64,000 bases of DNA from Bilabrum cf. latius. Taxonomy: Eukaryota. The stretch is from NCBI GenBank assembly GCA_965178125.1, contig OZ237755.1, forward strand, positions 1-64,000. The letters are read 5' to 3'. The notes below the pieces were generated by a model, which saw only the letters and a program-made list of their open reading frames with translations, searched no databases and was not told the origin of the DNA. Of this stretch, positions 49,312-60,538 are shown piece by piece (within the stretch, counting starts at the first letter, position 1; the number at the start of each line of letters is the position of its first letter). A program made the position numbers and the translations under genes.

Positions 49312-51054
49312 ATGGCGCAAGTTCCTGTTGACATGGTTGCATTCGACGGAGAGACAAATGTCATAAATCGATTCAGCGGCGATGGTGACAGAAAGCGTCG
49401 AAGTACTATTGTTGGCCTCCGTGGCGCTGGTTTGTCTCCTGATGAAAGAGCTCGCAGGATTGGGAGAATGAGGCAGCAGGTCCGCCGAGGCTCAGCGAAT
49501 GTAGTTGCAAATCCGTTGAACGCATCAAAATCAAGTGAATCGACTGAATCCAAGCACAGTGATAACAATGGCGAGCAGTTTAGCATGATCGTTGCACCCG
49601 AGCCGTCCGATCTTGACGAGCGGTTGGCAGCCATAGGTTTCCTTATTTGCGGGATTGGTATCGCTACTACCTGGATCTGCATTCAGTCTGGATTGACGTA
49701 CTACCAGACGGTGTTTCCAGCGGGAGAGGGCATCTATTAGCTCCTCCTCGTCGCGTACAACACGCCAGTCCTACCTCTGTTGATTGCGCAGGCTACCCTC
49801 GACAGACAATTTGACAGCCAGTTTGGGACATCGCAAGCTGTTTTGACGCGTTTCAGTAGCGCTTTTGTTGTGTTGACTGCCTGCCTGTTGGTGGCGCCTT
49901 TCGTAGGACAAGGGGGCTTATTAGCTATAAGTGCAGTGGTCGGAGTGTTCGATTCGGTCGGCTACGGCACTGCGAGCCAACTCTTTGCAATATTCCCAGC
50001 CTCAGCTGGTGGGTTGTACTTCATTGGTGCATCGGTGGCTAGCATAGTGTCAATAGTCATAGCGTACGCCACCGGCTTCGCCACGGACCCAACGGAAGAT
50101 AAGATGATCATCGTGTTCTGCCTGTCAGCCGCGGTGGTCTTGATTGCATTCTGCGTCACACTGTACCTAGTGCTTGGTCCATCTGGTCAGTACTACATAG
50201 CCCTGAAAGACTATGACGGCGCGGAAGGTGGAGGTGCCGGTGGGGGCGCGGCGGCAGCGGGCTCCACCCGCACCCTAGTTGCTTCCCCGGAGCCTCTCCC
50301 AGGGGGTCCCGATGGCAAGCGCCTAGCCGCCCTTGATGTTGATCTTGACGTTGATCCAGAGAAGGGGGGTGGTAATGGGTCGGCAGCACTTGAGTCCAAC
50401 AGCCAGAGTCCATCCACGGCCGACAGCCCTGCTGCAGTGGCTGGCTCTGCCTCGCCGACCAGCAGCGCGGGTGTCGACCCCGTGTCCGAGCGAGGAGGGG
50501 GTGCCGCAGACATCGTCAGCGAGGCCCGGGACAAGAGCATGGTGGAGCTCTTTATGCTCACATGGCCGGCCCAGGTTGCGCTGGCCTTGACTCTGTTCAC
50601 GGGTGTGCTCACGGGTTCGCTGATCGGGTTTGTGCCCTCCTAGAACGATAGGGAAGGAGAGAAGGACTCTGGGTTTGCCACACTGTTGCTGTATGTGGGC
50701 ATGGTGGCCGGGCTAGTGGGCAAGCAGCTGAACGTGGCGCGCAGGGGGTACTTCCTCCGAACGCAGGAGCACCTGCTCATGGCAGCTGGGGCCCAGCTGG
50801 TGTCCTCTGCGTTCTTCTTGACGTACGTGCTGGCCCAGCCATTCCGCAGCAACGTGGTGGTAATTATCGAAAGAGGCATGCAGGGAATGTTCGGGGCCTA
50901 CTTCAGCTCGCTGGCCTATGGGATGGCCACGCAGCTGCTGGACTCGCCCGCTGACCGTGCTTAGACGAGTACGATCCTGTCGGTGATGCTCATGCTTGGG
51001 GTGTTCGCGGGGCTGGGCGTTTCCTTCGGGGTGGCTGCTGCCGTACCTGGCTGA
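49312..51054 (+). CDS. Equilibrative nucleoside transporter (SLC29)-like multi-TM protein
   Basis: FLICGIGIATTW..IQSGLTYY, YNTP, many hydrophobic segments with a long central loop. Three ORFs join via TAG 49738, 50641 and 50962; the last TM helix lies after TAG 50962; ends TGA. Confidence 0.8.
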
Positions 51055-51165
51055 CATCCATGGAAATTCCAGCGGTGGGGCATGTGCTAAAAGAAAATTT
51101 GATTCCATGTGATAAGCCTAGCACGGTACAAGTTGCAGTCATGGGTCAAGCCAGCCGCCCGAAAA

Positions 51166-53675
51166 TTACCCGATCGTGGTCAGACTGGGGCCCGTCTGCG
51201 TCTTGCCGTGCCTGTCGAGGTAGTCTCTGGCCTCCCGCACCAGCGGCTCATTGATGCGCGCCAGCTCGCCCGTGAGCCCCACCGTCTCCCCGGCCAGCCG
51301 CTCGTCGATCTGCGCGTCCAGCTCCCTCCGCATGGAGGCGATTCGCTCCCGCTCCTTGCGTGCCTCGGCCTGCCTGCGATCCGCATACTCCTTTGCGGCT
51401 TGCCTGCCTTGCTGTGCGACCCGCTGGTCATCGTCGATCTCCTTCTGCCTCTCGGCCCGCAGGTAGGCCAGCTGCTTAGCGTGCGACTCCCGCAGGTCGT
51501 GCTTGAGCTGTACCTACCGCAGCTTGGCTCTCTCCTCGGCGATGCGGTCTGCTTCCTGCCGCCTCCTCTCGTGCTCGGCAATCTTCCGATCCATCTCTCG
51601 CTCCTCCGCATAGCGCTTGTCGAAGGCACCCGCGGACGACTGGATCGAAGCCTCCTGCCGCTCCCTCTGCTTGACGAACATCTGCCTGCGAGCCTCCTCC
51701 TGCCTCTCCAGCTCCCGCGCCTGCGCCTCCATCATCCTCACGTCCTCCTCGGCCTCGCGCTTGGCAGCCTCCTCGCGCCGCCCCAGCTCCGCCTCGTTGG
51801 CCTTCAAGAAGGCCTGCAGCTTCTCTTTCTCGGCCTGCTTGCGCGCCTGCAGCCGGCGCTCCTCGGCGGCTACCTCGTCTGCCGCTGCCCTCGCCTCCCG
51901 CTCCGCCTCCAGTCGGGCGGCCTCCTCCGCTGCTGCCTTCCTGACCCTGGTCTCGTCCAGCAGCTCCAGCACCTCCTTCTTGCGGACCTCTCTCTCCGCC
52001 CTGGCCCTGCGCTCCTTCTCTGCCTTCTCTCTGTGGGCCGCCTGCGTGTCCTCCCGGATCCTCTCGTTCTCCTCCTCCTGCTCACGCTTGGCCTTCTCGC
52101 GCGCCTCCCTGCGGATGCGCAGGTGCTCCTCCAGCCCGACCTTCTCTTCGTGCTTCTTTCGGAGCTTCTCCTTCTTGAGCTGCTCCGCCTCTTCCTCCGC
52201 CTTGGCCTCCTCGTACCGCGCGATGGTCAGCCAGTCGCCCTCTTCCTCCCACGGGTAGTGCGACAGCACGCGACTGGCCACGATCACCTTGGGGGGCATA
52301 TGGCCGATCCGCTTCTTGTGGCTCAGATTTGACCACCCCCCGATCACGTTGTTCTCCGTTGGCTCCCCCTGCAGCCTCTTCACCTCCTCGGGCCGCAGTG
52401 ACTCGAGGGCCTGCCTCCCCTGCTCGCGCCGGGTGCCGTGCAGATCCGAGGCATGCAGCTTGCCCTGCTTGCGCCGGCGGGCCCGACTGCCTCCCTCTGC
52501 TCGGATCGGAGACAGCGGGGGCCCGCGTCCCTGTCCCTGCCCGCTGGGCCCGTGGCCCTCCTTGCCCTCAGGGGCACCGCCACTAGAGCGCTGCTTCCGG
52601 GGGCGGCGCTTGGGCTGCCTGGCCGCCAGCTCCTGGAGTACCGGCCGCAGCTTACGAATCATCTGCCTGGCCACCGCGCTGGTGCTCACCCCACGGGGGG
52701 CGCTGTGCAGCGAGCCCGTGCTGCGAGAGGCGCGCATGCGCATGCCTCCAGGGGCGAATCCACCCCCCGCGCCCAGCGCCGAAGTGGTCCCCCCTCCCTG
52801 GCCGTGAGGTGTAGACCCCGATGCGGGGACCATGCCGGGGTGCATGCGCGTGCTCGTGGGTCGGATGGGCGCCACACCCTGGGGCATGGGGATGGCAGCC
52901 TCCACGAGGGCGCGCACCTTCTGTTCCAAGACATAATCGGGAGTGATCTGCGCACGCCGGGGGAATGATGAATAATTCAAGTAGATAGGCTAGACAAAAG
53001 CCGAGTTTCGCTTAACATTGGCAGGCAAGACGCAAGCAAACAGTCGAGAGCGGGTCGCGCAAGCTCGCGCGACCCGCACATTATTTTAATCGGTTCACAC
53101 AGCCTCACCTTGCCGGCAAATTCCGACTGCAAGTGACGCTGCACAACAGCCCGCAGGCTCGTAACTCTTCGTTGCTCTGGGGCAGGGATTGTTGAGGTCA
53201 AGCGGCTCATGCCGCCGCCTCCACCCTGCGTCCTCGGCGGCAGTGATGAATAGGCGGCCGCGGAGCGACGGGTTTCTCGCTGAAGGCGCCTCAGCTCAGA
53301 AACATCCTTGACTTGATCTTCATCCAGCCCGGCTCGAGCGGCAGCACGAACCTCTGCTGCAGTAGAGGATCCAGAGTGCAGATCGGCGTGAGAAGCTGAG
53401 CCTCGCAACCCTGCTTGGAGCGTGCGGCGGGCGAGCCGCTGCATCTTGCCATATGTCTCCCCGTCGACCAGAGAGGCAGGGTCTACGAAGGTCGTGAAGC
53501 CGGCGCCTTTGCCTCTACGAGCTTTGCCTGGTAGGTGCCCCTGCACCCTTGCGTCCACTGTTTCGAGTGGCTGCTGCCGTCTTGACCGCCTCATGAGCTC
53601 CTCTTCGCCGCCCTGTATACGCCGATGTCCTTTCGTAAGCTGCATTCGCATCGCTGCCTCAGTCCCACCTGCCAT
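51166..53675 (-). CDS. Long E/R/K-rich coiled-coil protein (trichohyalin/TPH-like); intron 52948-53108
   Basis: ATG 53675, donor GTGAGG and acceptor GCAG in phase. The E/R/A-rich helix continues past TAG 51514 to TAA 51166. Confidence 0.7.
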
Positions 53676-53840
53676 CGCGCGATAGTTGGCGATAGGTTTA
53701 TTCGTGTTTGTCCGTTCGTTCGTGGTTCCGGTTGTAACCCCAAAAATATATAGACTCCGAGTTCCTCGCTGGTGGTCGCAAGAGGTGATGTGGGACGTTG
53801 GTCGCATGTCATTTTCATTTAGCAGCTCAACAAGTGAACG

Positions 53841-55084
53841 ATGCTGGCTCTCGCTATTGCGCTATCTGCCGCAACTGTCGTTTTTGGGTTCGAGAGGTAT
53901 CAGATGGTATGGAACAGCCGGAATATTTTGGCTGTGCAAAGAGATAGTCCACCAATTATACTACATTCGTCGATTCTGCTCCCGCAGGAAATCCCAAACG
54001 GTGCCAACGTGCCAAACTGGCCTGGTAAGTGTATTTGTTCTGGTTACTCTCGTGCCACGGCCAACACTGCTTGACTGGTGACGTATGGGCAGTCAGTACA
54101 GATTCGAGCGAAGCAGCTGCAAGTTGTTGAAGTGCATCTGACCTCATCGCAGGCGTCGGACACCAGCGTGCTTTAGGCAGAGGAGATAGAAATGTGTTCG
54201 GGCAAGCATTTGCAGGGGCAGGGTGAGAGTATCCGCCAGTTTGATTGTGAGTATCATCAGCCACGCACGTGCGACCCAACTGTCTCGGCTTCCTTTGATG
54301 GTGCTTTGCAGGCGTACTTGGACCAATACTCTGTGCCAGGCTGATACAGATGGTGATGGCCAGTCCAATGGTGAGCTAAATAAGGACCAACGGCGTAGTT
54401 GGACGGCTTTGAATCTATAGATGCAGTGATGACGGCCCGGTCTGGACGTTACTTGCCTCGCTCGCATACTTCGATTCTGGGTGATTTGAGACTACGATCT
54501 CCGTCTAGTTTGGCCTAATCGTCATTAAATTATGTATAGTATACCTGTTGTTATGCATTGTTCAGCTGGAGATTCGCATAGCACCAAGAACAGCCTCGTT
54601 CTTGGCGTGATTCCGAGCCCTCGCCTTGCGATCCTCCCCTAGTCGTCCTGTTGTCTTCAAGATTGCCGCTCGTATCGCAGGTCTCGAGCTGGGAGATCCA
54701 TGCTGCGAGTGGACGTGAGTCGAGCGTTTTCCCTTCCCGGTGACGCGCAATGCCACTCGCACCCGCACCGCTACCGTCCGCCCGCCCATGGCTCGAGACC
54801 AGGTCTCATGTCCTCATCACGCCCATCTACCATTTGTCTCCTGCAGGAAGGGCGGCGCTGCTCCCGAGTTCACCAACGCCATCTCGCACCCGGCCCTCTC
54901 CGCCGAGCAGACCACTCGGTCCATGCCCAACTGCAGCGCGACTGACGATGACGCTGGGGCAGACGACGGCACCGATGACGCAGGGGATGACGATGGCAGC
55001 GCCCGCGCGGCAGGGCTCGGCGCAGTGGCACTCCTCGTGGCCGGGACTGCGGCCCTGGCGGCGGTCGCGCTGCAGCTGCACTGA
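53841..55084 (+). CDS. Secreted/GPI-anchored temptin-like protein, about 5 introns
   Basis: Signal peptide MLALAIALSAATVVFG. Spliced motifs EIPNGANV..WPG|VGH..G.G.RNVFGQAF..AG|WTNTLCQADTDGDGQSNG|ELGDPCCEW|..ISHP. Acidic spacer and hydrophobic C-terminus; ends TGA. Confidence 0.8.
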
Positions 55085-55516
55085 GGGGCGACGTGAGGCA
55101 GGAGTGCCCGATCGCGTGCGCATCATGTGCGCCCCGCATCGATGGCCCGACCCTGTGCGTGAACGCGCTCGCTGCAAGCGAGCTGGGGGAAGGCCGTTTG
55201 CAACAGGACGCAAACAGTTGCAGGTGTTTTGCTTGAAAAATAAAGATTCTATGAATTTCGCAGCGAACGTTCGATTCTCTGAGCGAATTCGCGTGGCCTC
55301 CACCGATTCTCTCCCTGCCATACCAGATCTGCACGAAGGAACGCAAGCGCGTGTTTCCCGTGCTCTTACCGGTGTATGCTTAGAAGGGCCTTTCGCGGCC
55401 GATCAACTTCTAAGCTATTCGAAGCTCGCGCGAACTTTTCTAGTTTTCTCGCACAGAGAACGGGGTTGCAGCCAGGTTGCGCGTGTTCCTATCTACTGAG
55501 GCAAACTACAGCCACA

Positions 55517-58500
55517 ATGCCATCCGTACACTATCATGGGCGCAAGTGGATCCATAAGCCCGATTCTCGATTCCTTGTGACGACGACTGCCGCGGGATGC
55601 ACCGTGTTTGACCTGAAACCCGGAGCGCCGGCTCACGTCGAAGCCGCCGCTGAGCCAGCTGGGAAGAAGCAGGGCGGCAAAGGAGCTAGTGGTGGTAAAG
55701 GGGGGCAAAAAGGCGGCAAGGGTGCTAAAGGCGGCAAGAAAGGCGGCAAGGGAAAGAAGGGAGGGGCCGCCAGCGGTGCCGGATCGTCCGGACCGCCCAA
55801 CACGCGGAAGCGCGATCGCCTGCAGGAGATTGCCAAGAAGTGGCAGGAGAAGTGGGCCGAGGACAAAATGTACGAAGTCGATGCTCCCGCTGACGCCGCG
55901 AGTGGATCGCCTGCGGGCAAGTTCATGGTTACCTTCCCGTACCCGTACATGAACGGCCGGCTGCACCTGGGCCACGCCTTCACCATCACCAAGGCGGAGT
56001 TCGCGGCCCGGTTCCAGCGCCTGCTCGGCAAGGACGTGCTGTTCCCGTTCGGCTTCCATTGCACGGGCATGCCCATCCAGGCGGCAGCCAACAAGCTGAA
56101 GAGGGAACTGGCGCTGGGCGCCGAGGGAGTGTCCGAGGCAGCCGCGGCCGCGGCCAGCAAGCCGGCCGCCTCGGGCGAGGCGCAGCCGCAGCTGCCTGGG
56201 CAGTTCCGCACGAAGCGCAGCAAGGCCGTTGCGAAAACAGGGAGCGCCAAGACGCAGGGTGACATCCTGCGCATGCTGCACGTGCCCGAGGAGGAGATCC
56301 CGCGGTTCGCCGACCCCATGCACTGGCTGAGGTACTTCCCGCCGCTGGGGAAGGCGGATCTGCAGGCATTCGGCGTGGCGGTGGACTGGCGCCGCAGCTT
56401 CATCACGACCGATGTGAACCCGTACTACGACTCGTTCGTGCGGTGGCAGTTCCACCACCTCAAGGAGGGCGGCTTCGTGAGGTACGGCACTAGGCCAACC
56501 ATCTACTCGCAGCTGGACGGACAGGCGTGCGCGGACCACGACAGGTCGGAGGGTGAGGGCGTGCAGCCCCAGGAGTACACTCTCATCAAGCTCAAGGTCG
56601 TTAGAGATGCGGAGGGCCAGCTGCCCGCCCCCTTGCGCACCATTGACGAGGCCAGCGGGGGCCGCAAGCGCGAGGTGGTGCTTGTGGCAGCCACCCTGCG
56701 GCCCGAGACCATGTACGGGCAGACCAACTGCTTCCTCCTGCCGTCGGGCGAGTACGGGGCCTTCGAGTCGGGCGCCTCCGAGGACGGGGAGGTGTTCGTG
56801 TGCAGCCAGCGGTCTGCGCAGAACATGGCCTACCAGGGCCTGAGCCCCGCGCGGGGAGAGACCAAGTGCCTGGGCACTTTCTCTGGCATGGAGCTCATGG
56901 GTCTGCCGCTCAAGGCACCCCGCGCGACCTACGAGCGCGTGTACACCCTGCCCCTGCTCACCATCAGCATGGGCAAGGGCACCGGAGTGGTCACCAGCGT
57001 GCCCTCGGACGCGCCTGACGACTTCGCTGCCCTCCGCGACCTGCAGCAGGACGCCGAGGAGCGCGCCAAGTACGGCCTGACGGAGGAGATGGTGAACTTT
57101 GACGTGGTGGAGATCATTGACATCCCCGGGCTGGGCCGCAGGGCCGCCGTGACTCTGTGCGACAAGTACGGCGTGAAGACGCAGCACGACAAGAAGGGCC
57201 TTGTGCAGGCCAAGGCCGAGGCCTACAAGAAGGGCTTCTACGATGGCGTCATGTGCGTGGGCCCGCACGCGGGGAAGAAGGTAGAGGACGCCAAGGCCCT
57301 GGTCAAGGCGGAGATGATCGAGGCAGGGGAGGCGGCCCCCTACTGGGAGCCCACCGAGAAGGTCGTGTCTCGCTCAGGAGACGAGTGCATCGTGGCGCAG
57401 CTGGACCAGTGGTACTTGGATTACGGCGAGGAGGAGTGGAGGGCCCGCGTGGAGAAGCACGTCAAGTCGGACAACTTCACGGCCTTCTCCAAGCAGGCCA
57501 TGGCGCAATTCGACAACGTGATCGGTTGGCTCAAGGGGTGGGCCTGCTCCCGCTCCTTCGGGCTGGGCACCAAGCTGCCTTGGGACGAGCAGTTCGTGAT
57601 CGAGTCGCTGTCCGACAGCACCGTGTACATGTCCTACTACGCAGTGGCCCACCTGCTGCAGGAGGGCGCCCTGGATGGGTCCAAGCAGGGCCCCATCGGC
57701 ATCGACGCCAAGGACATGACCCCGGCGGCGTGGGACTACGTGTACCTGGGAGCTGGGTACCCCGAGGGCTGCGCCGTGGAGCAGGCCAAGCTGGACCGCC
57801 TCAAGGCCGAGTTCAAGTACTGGTACCCGCTGGACCTGCGCGTGAGCGGCAAGGACCTGATCAACAACCACCTGACCATGTCGCTGTACAACCACGCTGC
57901 CATCTGGAAGGACGACCCCGGCATGATGCCCCGCGGGTTCTTCACCAACGGCCATGTGAAGGTAGACAGCATGAAGATGAGCAAGTCCACGGGCAACTTC
58001 CTCTCCCTGACCGAAGCCATGGAGCTCTACTCGGTAGACGGCGTGCGGTTCGCGCTGGCCTCCTCTGGTGACACGATCGAGGACGCCAACTTCGAGCAGA
58101 AGGAGGCAGATGCGGCCATCCTGCGGCTCAACAAGGAGGAGGAGTTCATCCAGCAGCTCATCAAGGACGAAAAGGAGGGCAACCTCAGGACGGGGGCGCC
58201 ACCCGCTGACGCTGCCGCCGGCGGTGCCTCCTCAGGTGCCGGCAGCGGCGCTGCGGGGGACAGCGGCGACCCCATGTACGGCCCTCTGGGCGACTCATTC
58301 CCGGACCGGGCCTTCGAGTGCGGCATCGCAGAGTGCATGAACCGCGCCAAGGTAGAGTACGGACAGATGCACTTCCGGGAGGCCATGACGGCGGGCTTCC
58401 ACGGGCTGATCAAGGCCAGGGACTTCTACCGCGACTTCTGCATCAAGCTGGGGCAGCCCATGCACGGCAAGGTGCTCCGCAAATTCGCGCAGTGCCTCTG

Positions 58501-59176
58501 CATCGCGCTGGCTCCCGTGTGCCCCCACTGGACCGAGGAGATGTGGGAGCTGCTGGGCAGCCCCGGGGCTGCGTCCGTGACCCGCGCCCGCTGGCCCGAC
58601 ATGGTGGTGCCTGACCCCCATGCCGAGCGCAGCGCCAAGTGGCTGGACTACCAGCTGAAGAGCATGCGCGACAAGCTGCAGAGGGACGTGGCCAAGCGGG
58701 CCCGCAACGAGAAGAAGAAGGCCTCCGAGATCCCCACCCCAACTGGGGCCGTGGTCTACTGCGCCACCTCGTACAGCGACTGGCAGCGCGCGGGGCTGGC
58801 CATCCTGCGGGAGCAGCTGGACGAGGACGGGGCCCTCCCCAAGGCCGCCATGAAGCAGGTGAGCATGGCCGTGGGCAAGGACCCCGAGCTGCGGAAGCTG
58901 TCGAAGCAGCTCATGAACTTCCTCGGCGGCGTGGCCCGGCGAGCGGCGGAGGACGGGCCCTCCGCCCTGGACGAAGAGCCCTCGCAGAACGACCTCGAGG
59001 TGTTCACGGCCAACAGCCAGTTCGTGTCGCAGAGCCTCGACTGCTTCGCGGAGGGAGTCTCAGGGGAGGCGCACATCCGGTACCTAGATGCCACCCAGCC
59101 GAGGAATGCGGCCGAGGAGGCAGACGCGGGGCGGGCGCTGCCCGGCAACCCCGTCCTGGTGGCAGCCTGGGACTGA
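55517..59176 (+). CDS. LARS1: Cytosolic-type leucyl-tRNA synthetase (alternative in-frame upstream ATG at 55376)
   Basis: FPYPYMNGRLHLGH (HIGH motif), ATLRPETMYGQTN, GTGVVTSVPSDAPDD (editing domain), KMSKSTGNF. Intronless, no internal TAG; ends TGA. Confidence 0.98.
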   Translation: MPSVHYHGRKWIHKPDSRFLVTTTAAGCTVFDLKPGAPAHVEAAAEPAGKKQGGKGASGGKGGQKGGKGAKGGKKGGKGKKGGAASGAGSSGPPNTRKRDRLQEIAKKWQEKWAEDKMYEVDAPADAASGSPAGKFMVTFPYPYMNGRLHLGHAFTITKAEFAARFQRLLGKDVLFPFGFHCTGMPIQAAANKLKRELALGAEGVSEAAAAAASKPAASGEAQPQLPGQFRTKRSKAVAKTGSAKTQGDILRMLHVPEEEIPRFADPMHWLRYFPPLGKADLQAFGVAVDWRRSFITTDVNPYYDSFVRWQFHHLKEGGFVRYGTRPTIYSQLDGQACADHDRSEGEGVQPQEYTLIKLKVVRDAEGQLPAPLRTIDEASGGRKREVVLVAATLRPETMYGQTNCFLLPSGEYGAFESGASEDGEVFVCSQRSAQNMAYQGLSPARGETKCLGTFSGMELMGLPLKAPRATYERVYTLPLLTISMGKGTGVVTSVPSDAPDDFAALRDLQQDAEERAKYGLTEEMVNFDVVEIIDIPGLGRRAAVTLCDKYGVKTQHDKKGLVQAKAEAYKKGFYDGVMCVGPHAGKKVEDAKALVKAEMIEAGEAAPYWEPTEKVVSRSGDECIVAQLDQWYLDYGEEEWRARVEKHVKSDNFTAFSKQAMAQFDNVIGWLKGWACSRSFGLGTKLPWDEQFVIESLSDSTVYMSYYAVAHLLQEGALDGSKQGPIGIDAKDMTPAAWDYVYLGAGYPEGCAVEQAKLDRLKAEFKYWYPLDLRVSGKDLINNHLTMSLYNHAAIWKDDPGMMPRGFFTNGHVKVDSMKMSKSTGNFLSLTEAMELYSVDGVRFALASSGDTIEDANFEQKEADAAILRLNKEEEFIQQLIKDEKEGNLRTGAPPADAAAGGASSGAGSGAAGDSGDPMYGPLGDSFPDRAFECGIAECMNRAKVEYGQMHFREAMTAGFHGLIKARDFYRDFCIKLGQPMHGKVLRKFAQCLCIALAPVCPHWTEEMWELLGSPGAASVTRARWPDMVVPDPHAERSAKWLDYQLKSMRDKLQRDVAKRARNEKKKASEIPTPTGAVVYCATSYSDWQRAGLAILREQLDEDGALPKAAMKQVSMAVGKDPELRKLSKQLMNFLGGVARRAAEDGPSALDEEPSQNDLEVFTANSQFVSQSLDCFAEGVSGEAHIRYLDATQPRNAAEEADAGRALPGNPVLVAAWD

Positions 59177-59381
59177 GGCAGGTGGTCCACAGCTGTGAAT
59201 CGTCGAGCTCCCGTGTCATTTGCACACAGCCATATTGCAAGATTAAGTCGTTCTTGAACACAAACATCATCGCCCTGCAACCCAACAGACAGTCCATCCA
59301 CCACCCCGGATGCCCTCACGTGGCACTCGTCATCATCGCCTAATCCCTTTCGATTTTCTTCGCGCCCACTGTTTCGGAAAA

Positions 59382-60464
59382 ATGGACGATATCATGGCAG
59401 CGTTCCAAGCTGAGGTTGATGAAGTCTCACAGGAAGGCGCATCCACCGAGATGGCAGCCGGAGAGGACCCTATGGATGCATTCAAAGCCGAAGTCTCTGA
59501 CCTTGAAAGAGGAGAGGGAGGTCCCGCCCCAGACCCAGAAGCTGAAGACGAGGCAGGCAAGGCTACTGCCGGTATATCTCACGAAAAAGCCACATACAGC
59601 CATGAACCCGACCAAGGCAGCAGCACTGACAAGCAACCCTCGCGTTTTGACCCCCGGTCGGTCTTGCAGCAAGTGTCTGCAGAGGCCTCAAGGCTAGGCC
59701 CAAGTACATTCAAAACGAGCGCTGGCCCCAGCGATAGCGCGTAGTTGCCTTCTCTACCTTCCACGACGGGCCTTGGGGAGGACGATGACGACGATCTCTT
59801 GGATATGCACCCGGCCGCCGGGGGGCTGCAGGACGAGCTTGACGTTGACGAAGAGGGAGAGGTGCCGACTTTGGCTCCCAGCTCATCATCATCGTCGTCA
59901 TCATTAGCTGTCAGCACTTCGTCATCCTCTGCAGCTGGTAGCTCGGCAGCATCCGGCGCGGGGGCAGGCTCGAACCCGTTCGGCCTGAGTGCAGAGGGAG
60001 CGGCCGCCATCGCGAACAGAGCCCGTCCGAAGGATGTCACCAAACGAATGGCCGCCGGTGAGATGTGGGAAGACAAAAAGCTGTTAGAGTGGCCGGAGAA
60101 CGATTTCCGGCTGTTCGTGGGCCACCTCGCCAAGGACACGACCACTGCCATGCTGGCCAAGGCATTCCAGCACTACCCCTCGTTCGCGAAGGCATATGCG
60201 CCGTGGAGCAAACGGCTGGGCAAGTCGAAGGGGTTTGGCTTCGTGTCCTTCCTGGACCCCCGGGACGCCCTGAAGGCCCTCGAGGAGATGCCGGGCAAGT
60301 ACGTGGGGCAGGCCCCCTGCGTGGTGAGAAGAGCCACTCTGGAGGAGAGGAGCGGGCCGCAAACGAGGGGAGAGAAGCGGGAGTTCAAGCAGATCAAGAC
60401 CACGTTCAAGTCAGTGGATCAAAGGGAGAGGAAGCGGAGGAAGAAGCAGTTCGTGTCCGGATGA
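59382..60464 (+). CDS. RBM42: RNA-binding protein 42 (RRM)
   Basis: RMAAGEMWEDKKLLEWPENDFRLFVGHL, AFQHYPSFAKA, KSKGFGFVSF, GKYVG. The N-terminal ORF joins via TAG 59742; ends TGA. Confidence 0.9.
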
Positions 60465-60538
60465 GACGGTGATGCAACTGCGTAATTGGTACACTCTTAA
60501 CTTTAATCAGACGCAAGTGCATCGACGTTTAAAATCAA

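Noticed and set aside
51109-52332. Long Leu-rich + strand ORF (407 aa), and similar antisense ORFs such as 55493..57268, 42249..44039 and 32226..33587
   Set aside because: These are shadow ORFs antisense to real GC-rich genes with strong codon bias.
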